Part shown: positions 58,825 through 64,000 of the stretch, piece after piece
Layout of the letters: each line of letters begins with the position of its first letter
Position numbering within the stretch: position 1 is the first letter of the stretch
Assembly: GCA_021816865.1 (NCBI GenBank)
Contig: JAKAWX010000001.1
Span: forward strand, 252,739 to 316,738
Direction of reading: 5' to 3'
DNA from: Thermoplasmata archaeon
Lineage (GTDB): Archaea > Thermoplasmatota > Thermoplasmata > Lutacidiplasmatales > UBA184
Length of the DNA stretch: 64,000 nucleotides
Position numbers and translations under genes: made by a program
The notes under the pieces: model-generated
Seen by the model: only the letters and a program-made list of their open reading frames with translations
Databases searched by the model: none
What the model was told of the DNA's origin: nothing

Positions 58825-60149
58825 GGGCAGCTCTCGAACATCCAGGACGGACACGCTTCGAGCGACTCGGGGGCGTGCTCGGCGAGGGCCCGCTCGAGCT
58901 CGCCGAGGCGCCCGCGCCAGAGACGGGCGAACACCGAGACGGGTCGGAACTCGGCCTCGAAGACCCGCACGCGATCCCGCGCGTCCAGCGCGTGCTCGTA
59001 CGCCACGATCACACGACCGGCCGTGCGTCCGGTGGCGACGCAGCGAAACCCGAGCTCGAGCGCGTACTGGGGCGATCGTGCGAGGAGGTCCTCGGCCCGG
59101 TGGGGCACCCGGACCCGCGACGTGCGCACGATGTACGGTTCCCCGCGGAAACCTCCGACCTCCTCGGCCGGGTCGGTCGACCGGGACGGAAGCCGCGCGA
59201 CCTCACCGACCGGACCCGATTCGACCGCTTCGAGCAGGTCCGCGTACAGGGAGGACGCCGGGCCGGGGGCCCGGGACGGGGTCGGCTCGGCGTCCGGAGG
59301 GGGCCGCCGGTCGAAGTACGCACGGCGGGGGTAGACGAGGTCCCGGAATCGGTCGACCGAGGGGGGTGGGGTCGATGCGAGGGCCCGCTCGAGGCGTTCG
59401 CGAAGGGGTCCGGCGATGTCGGGACGGTCGTCGGCCGACGCAACGGCCGCGAGGATGCGGGAGGGCGGGTCCACTTCCTCTCCGGTGCAGTCGCAGACCT
59501 CCGCGTCTTGGTACTCGCACCCCCGGGAAAACCAGCGGCACCGTCCGAGGTCGGTCGGGTCCCTCCGTCCCCAGGCGGCGCGCAGGCGGTCCGCGCGTCG
59601 GTGCATCTCGTCGGAGATTGCAGGAAGGTCACGGAACGATAGGTCGACCACCCGCACCCCTCCGACCGACGTCTCCCGCGCTACGAGCGTGACGAGCCGA
59701 CCGGTCGGGCGCCCGAGGAGCGCGCAGTACATCGCGAGCTGTTCGACATACTCCGGGCGGTCGTCGGCCAGCGCGGCCGGATCGACGGCCAGTGTGGCCG
59801 TTTTCACCTCGACCGGCACGTCGGTGAGGGCGTCGATCCGGCCGACCAGCCCGTCCTTGCGAACCCGGACCTCGAGCCGGACGTCGGGCGCGAGTACCGG
59901 TCCGACCACCCGATGCAGGAAGCGGCCGGCCTCGAGCCGGGCCTCGCGTTCCGGGGGAACCGGAGGAAGCGGGACGAGCGGTCGCCAGTAGGCACGTCGC
60001 AGGCCGAGAAGGTCGGTCACGGAGATCGACGGCGGTCGACCCTCGAGGGGGAACCGTCTCCGTATCTCCTCCGCGAGCGCGGGATCGTCGCGGAATCGGA
60101 CCGCGGACCTCCATTCGGGTGCCGGCGGCCGCGCGCTCGCATCCCCCAC
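58773..60149 (-). CDS. Tandem Cas4-like PD-(D/E)xK nuclease-family protein
   Basis: G-x-x-L-H, GRID...EVK and QLAMY in the N-half; duplicated C-half; two terminal four-Cys clusters; GTG 60149 start inferred. Confidence 0.75.
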   Translation of the reverse strand: MGDASARPPAPEWRSAVRFRDDPALAEEIRRRFPLEGRPPSISVTDLLGLRRAYWRPLVPLPPVPPEREARLEAGRFLHRVVGPVLAPDVRLEVRVRKDGLVGRIDALTDVPVEVKTATLAVDPAALADDRPEYVEQLAMYCALLGRPTGRLVTLVARETSVGGVRVVDLSFRDLPAISDEMHRRADRLRAAWGRRDPTDLGRCRWFSRGCEYQDAEVCDCTGEEVDPPSRILAAVASADDRPDIAGPLRERLERALASTPPPSVDRFRDLVYPRRAYFDRRPPPDAEPTPSRAPGPASSLYADLLEAVESGPVGEVARLPSRSTDPAEEVGGFRGEPYIVRTSRVRVPHRAEDLLARSPQYALELGFRCVATGRTAGRVIVAYEHALDARDRVRVFEAEFRPVSVFARLWRGRLGELERALAEHAPESLEACPSWMFESCPYRTACGCGPADPRSQR

Positions 60150-60233
60150 GAGGGTCCCGAGCGCGCCCGGGTATAGGAGGGCGCGGGCCGGGAGAGAAGC
60201 CGCTATACTCGAAGAGAGGCTCCTCGGGTCGCC

Positions 60234-61796
60234 ATGACCGAGGCGGCCCGACATCCGCTCATCATCGGAAGCGGCATCGCGGGGCTCTACGTCGGTCTGA
60301 GGTGTCGGGAGCTCGGACTCCGGCCGACGATTGTCACGAAGGCCCGGCTCGAGGAGTCGAACACCCGGTACGCGCAGGGGGGGATCGCCGCCGCGGTCGG
60401 CCCCGGCGACTCTCCGGCGCTCCATCTGGCCGACACGGTCGAGGCCGGGGTCGGCCTCGTGGACCTGAACGCGGCCCGCGTGTTGACCTCCGAGGCGCCG
60501 GCCCGTATCGCCGACCTGGTCCGCTACGGAGTTCCGTTCGATACGGTCGAAGGGCAGGTCGCCCTCGGACGCGAGGCGGCCCACGGCCGCTCCCGCATCC
60601 TGCACGCGGGCGGTGACGCGACCGGCTTCTCGATCGAAGAAGCGCTGCGCCACCGGGTACTCGAGGCCGGCATCGAGGTCCGCGAGCGGACGGTACTGCG
60701 CGCGTTGCGACGTGACGGGAGGGACGGCCCGGTGGCGACCCTCGCGGGAGCGGACGGAGGGTCGGTCGAGGTCTTCGCTTCGGGTCCCGTTGTCCTCGCC
60801 ACGGGAGGCGCCGGTAGTCTCTACCGCCAGAGCTCGAACCCGGCGATCGCGACGGGCGAAGGCGTGGCGATCGCGTTCCGTGCGGGGGCGCTCGTCACCG
60901 ACATGGAGTTCGTTCAGTTCCACCCGACCGTCTTCTGGCGCGAGGGGGCTCCCCGGTACCTCATCACCGAGGCGCTCCGGGGCGAAGGGGCGGTCCTGCG
61001 CAACGATGCCGGGGAGCGGTTCATGACAAAGGTGCACCGGGACGCCGAGCTCGCCCCGCGCGACGTCGTCGCGCGCGCGATCGACCGGGAGATCCTGCGG
61101 ACCGCCCACCCGTGCGTCTATCTCGACGCGACGGCCCTCCCGCGAGATCGGCTCTTCGCCCGCTTCCCTTCGATCTGCCACTTCCTCTCGGCGTACGGCC
61201 TCGACCCGTCCCGCGACCCGATACCGGTGACGCCGGCGGCCCACTACATGATCGGGGGGGTGACCTCGGACCTCGAAGGGCGGTCGACCCTGCGCGGGCT
61301 CTACACGTGCGGCGAGGTCGCGTCGACCGGGGTACACGGCGCGAACCGGCTCGCGAGCAATTCGCTGCTCGAAGGGCTCGTCTTCGGCGAGCGGGTCGCG
61401 CGACAGCTCCTCCACCCCGTTCCGGGCGGGCCCGCCGAGCCGGCGCTGGTCGTGGACGTCAAGGTGGCGCCGGGGGCGGGTCGCGGTGAGGAGCCCCGAC
61501 TCGCCCGCGAGATCCGCGACCTCTTGTGGAACGACGTCGGGATCGTCCGAACGGCGTCGGGCCTTCGGTCCGCGCTCGACGAGTTCGGCCGCATGGGTCG
61601 GACGGCGGAACCGTCGACGCCCGACCAGCACGCCGGGCCGCTTGCGAACGCGGTCGTCACCGCGACCCTGATCGCCCGGGCGGCCCTCGCGCGGACCGAG
61701 AGCCGCGGATGCCACTACCGCTCGGACTACCCTCGCACGAAGCCGTCGTGGCGACGCCACATCGGCCTGCGCTGCGGGAACGCTCCGGCGGCCTGA
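60234..61796 (+). CDS. nadB: L-aspartate oxidase
   Basis: [25 protein letters not shown] and [13 protein letters not shown]. Confidence 0.92.
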   Translation: MTEAARHPLIIGSGIAGLYVGLRCRELGLRPTIVTKARLEESNTRYAQGGIAAAVGPGDSPALHLADTVEAGVGLVDLNAARVLTSEAPARIADLVRYGVPFDTVEGQVALGREAAHGRSRILHAGGDATGFSIEEALRHRVLEAGIEVRERTVLRALRRDGRDGPVATLAGADGGSVEVFASGPVVLATGGAGSLYRQSSNPAIATGEGVAIAFRAGALVTDMEFVQFHPTVFWREGAPRYLITEALRGEGAVLRNDAGERFMTKVHRDAELAPRDVVARAIDREILRTAHPCVYLDATALPRDRLFARFPSICHFLSAYGLDPSRDPIPVTPAAHYMIGGVTSDLEGRSTLRGLYTCGEVASTGVHGANRLASNSLLEGLVFGERVARQLLHPVPGGPAEPALVVDVKVAPGAGRGEEPRLAREIRDLLWNDVGIVRTASGLRSALDEFGRMGRTAEPSTPDQHAGPLANAVVTATLIARAALARTESRGCHYRSDYPRTKPSWRRHIGLRCGNAPAA

Positions 61797-61836
61797 CGCC
61801 GACAACCGTTATGGGCGGGAAGCCGTCGCCCACCGC

Positions 61837-62991
61837 ATGGACCTGTCGCTCTCCGCCGAGGAGCAGGACCTCCGGGAGGCCGCCCGCCGGTTCGTGCGGC
61901 GTGAGGTGGCCCCGGTCGCGGACCGGATGGACCGGGAGGACTACTTTCCGCGCGACGTCTTCCGAAGGCTGGGCGAGGACGGGTTCCTCGGGATCACCCT
62001 CCCGAGCGAGCGGGGGGGGCTCGGACTCTCCTACCTTGCCCAGGCGCTCGTGCTGGAGGAGATCGCTCGCGTAAGTCCCGCGCTCGCCCTGAGCGTGGGC
62101 GCGCACTCCAACCTCTTCGCGGACAACGTCGCGCGCAACGGCTCCGAGGCGCAGCGTGCGGAGTTCCTGCCGGGTGCGGCGTCGGGGTCGACGATCGGCG
62201 CGCTCGGGTTGACCGAACCGACCGCCGGCTCCGACGCGATGTCGATCCGCACCCGGGCCGAGCGGCGGGGGTCCCGGTATCTCCTCAACGGTTCGAAGCA
62301 GTTCATCACGAACGGACCGGTCGCTGACGTGTTGCTCGTTTACGCAAAGACCGCACCCGAGAAAGGGTCGCACGGGATCAGCGCGTTCCTCGTCCGGCGG
62401 GAGACGCCGGGGTTCGCGGTGGCCCGCCAGCTCGACAAGATGGGCATGCGCGGCTCCCCGACGGGCGAGCTCGCCTTCCAGGACGTGGAAGTGCCGATCG
62501 AGAATCGCGTCGGCGAGGAGGGGGCAGGGGCGAGGATCATGATGAGCGGCCTCAACGTCGAGCGTGCGGTCCTCGCCGCGATCCCGGTCGGCATCCTGGC
62601 CGAATGCCTGGACCGGTCGGTCGCCTACGCGCGGGAGCGCGAGCAGTTCGGAAAGCGGATCGGTCGGTTCGAGCTCATCCAGGAAAAGCTGGCCAACATG
62701 TACACGGACCTCGAGGCCGCCCGCCTCATGCTCTACTCGGCGCTCGACGCCGTGCGGCGCGACCCGGCCCGTCTGCGCGTCGCTGCGGCCGCGCTCACCT
62801 TCGCTTCGGAAGCCTCCACGCGGGCCGCCCTCGAGTCGATCCAGGTCCACGGGGGCTACGGTTACATGCGCGACCTTCCGCTCGAGCGGCTCGCGCGAGA
62901 CGCAAAACTCCTCGAGATCGGCGCCGGCACGTCGGAGATCCGACGGTTGATCGTCGCGCGGGAACTCCTCGGTCCGGGGTTCGCCGACTGA
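61837..62991 (+). CDS. Acyl-CoA dehydrogenase (isovaleryl-CoA dehydrogenase-like)
   Basis: [27 protein letters not shown] and [11 protein letters not shown]. Confidence 0.9.
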   Translation: MDLSLSAEEQDLREAARRFVRREVAPVADRMDREDYFPRDVFRRLGEDGFLGITLPSERGGLGLSYLAQALVLEEIARVSPALALSVGAHSNLFADNVARNGSEAQRAEFLPGAASGSTIGALGLTEPTAGSDAMSIRTRAERRGSRYLLNGSKQFITNGPVADVLLVYAKTAPEKGSHGISAFLVRRETPGFAVARQLDKMGMRGSPTGELAFQDVEVPIENRVGEEGAGARIMMSGLNVERAVLAAIPVGILAECLDRSVAYAREREQFGKRIGRFELIQEKLANMYTDLEAARLMLYSALDAVRRDPARLRVAAAALTFASEASTRAALESIQVHGGYGYMRDLPLERLARDAKLLEIGAGTSEIRRLIVARELLGPGFAD

Positions 62992-63019
62992 CGGGCCGGG
63001 CCCGGCCCCCGAGGGCGGC

Positions 63020-63196
63020 CTAGCGCCGCGCCGGCTTTCTCAGCCCGAGTCCTTCCTCGATGTAGAGGGCCGCCTGCGTCGAGGTCGACCGGCGGTCGCG
63101 TTCGGCCGCCACCTTGAGCTGGCGCAATATCGCCGGCTCGAGGTAGACGGCTAGTCCGACACGGCGTTTCGCTTTGCTCTTCGGGGGTCGTGGCAT
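63020..63196 (-). CDS. Small ribbon-helix-helix-like DNA-binding protein (58 aa, not in the ORF track)
   Basis: MPRPPKSKAKRRVGLAVYLEPAILRQLKVAAERDRRSTSTQAALYIEEGLGLRKPARR; SD GTGAGG upstream. Confidence 0.65.
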   Translation of the reverse strand: MPRPPKSKAKRRVGLAVYLEPAILRQLKVAAERDRRSTSTQAALYIEEGLGLRKPARR

Positions 63197-63496
63197 CTGT
63201 TTGCCTCACTTCACGGGTTGGAACCCTCGGCCGGGATTCCCGTACCGAGTCGTGTTCCGAGAGGTGGATTCAATGGCCGAGTTATGAACTAGACGTTGGG
63301 TGCGATTACGGACGGGGGGCAACAGAATCTGCCGAAACGGTTCGGCCCGTCACGGCATGGCATTGCGAGACCTCGGAACCCCGAAAACGGCGCGAGACCC
63401 CGCGCTGTTGTCGGAGGGCCCGGACCCGCGCGGGGGCCGAACCACGCGAACCGCCGCTACCAACCATTATAGCGTTGGGACCCCCATCGGCGGACG

Positions 63497-64000
63497 ATGG
63501 CGGGCCGACCGGCGCCGAGCTCGAGCCAGGCTTCGTCCCTGCGCCTCGAAGTTCTCAAGGAGCTCCAGTCGATCGTCGACGACCGCGAGGTACGCGATCG
63601 GCTGGACCGGGGACCCCTCGCCGAGGCCAAAGGGCGCGAGCACTGGGTCCTCCACCTCCTGCTCCGCGCGGAGGAGTCTAGCCAGGCCCACCTCGACACC
63701 CTCATCGGCTCCGCGTACTCGAATCTCGTCGCTCGACTGCAGGCCGTCGAGGACCGACTCCAGAAGGTCGAGTCGCTCGAGCTCTCGCTCGGCGAGGCCG
63801 CCGAGCGCCGCCTGGATGCGCTCGAGAACGCGCTCGCGGAGCGCGTCACCAAGGAGGTGACCGCGGGGATCACCGCGGCCGCTTCCCGTCTCTCGAGCGA
63901 CCTCTCCGGAAACCTCGATGCCAAATGGAAGCCGATCGGCGAATCGGTCGAGACGTTCGCCCAGTCGTCGCACCAGCTCTCGAAGGACCTGTCCGACACC
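63497..64000 (+). CDS. Hypothetical coiled-coil protein (3' partial)
   Basis: Frame is open from ATG 63497 to the window end (LVARLQAVEDRLQKVESLE); TTATA about 25 nt upstream. Confidence 0.7.
   Translation, partial: MAGRPAPSSSQASSLRLEVLKELQSIVDDREVRDRLDRGPLAEAKGREHWVLHLLLRAEESSQAHLDTLIGSAYSNLVARLQAVEDRLQKVESLELSLGEAAERRLDALENALAERVTKEVTAGITAAASRLSSDLSGNLDAKWKPIGESVETFAQSSHQLSKDLSDT

Noticed and set aside
58000..61000. CRISPR array or cas operon near the Cas4-like gene
   Set aside because: No regularly spaced repeats or other cas genes are seen; the neighbours are a GNAT and nadB.
1..64000. Many long alternative-frame and antisense ORFs (for example 8414..11737, 32789..36301, 34564..37557)
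   Set aside because: They are Arg/Gly/Pro-rich shadows of real genes, expected at this GC content, and show no motifs.

Overview
This is a very GC-rich, gene-dense archaeal chromosome segment. Several markers point to class Thermoplasmata: Cbf5, PCNA, aIF2-gamma, rps6e, the archaeal HMG-CoA synthase/thiolase/DUF35 trio, DUF835, a long SecY and a ribosomal cluster without L34e/L14e. A high-GC soil or peat lineage is an inference only. The core is the S10-spc-type ribosomal protein cluster (rpl3..rpl15, secY, EMC3/DUF106, cmk, cbf5; about 17.6-33.9 kb), flanked by amino-acid and acyl-CoA catabolism, glycosyltransferase and housekeeping genes. I saw no CRISPR array, rRNA or transposase. The best leads are: (1) both tRNA genes found, Ala-GGC and Arg-TCT, carry a hairpin intron at the same non-canonical T-loop position (59/60) with the same relaxed bulge-helix-bulge geometry; (2) a stand-alone protein made of two tandem Cas4-like domains, one apparently active and one degenerate, each ending in a four-Cys cluster; (3) the mevalonate-cluster thiolase has lost its catalytic Cys and His; (4) a CysRS-like protein appears to lack the anticodon-binding domain; (5) a cloverleaf-like element lies just upstream of the rpl3 promoter. 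All calls come from reading motifs by eye. No database searches were run, and several start codons were re-chosen relative to the ORF track.
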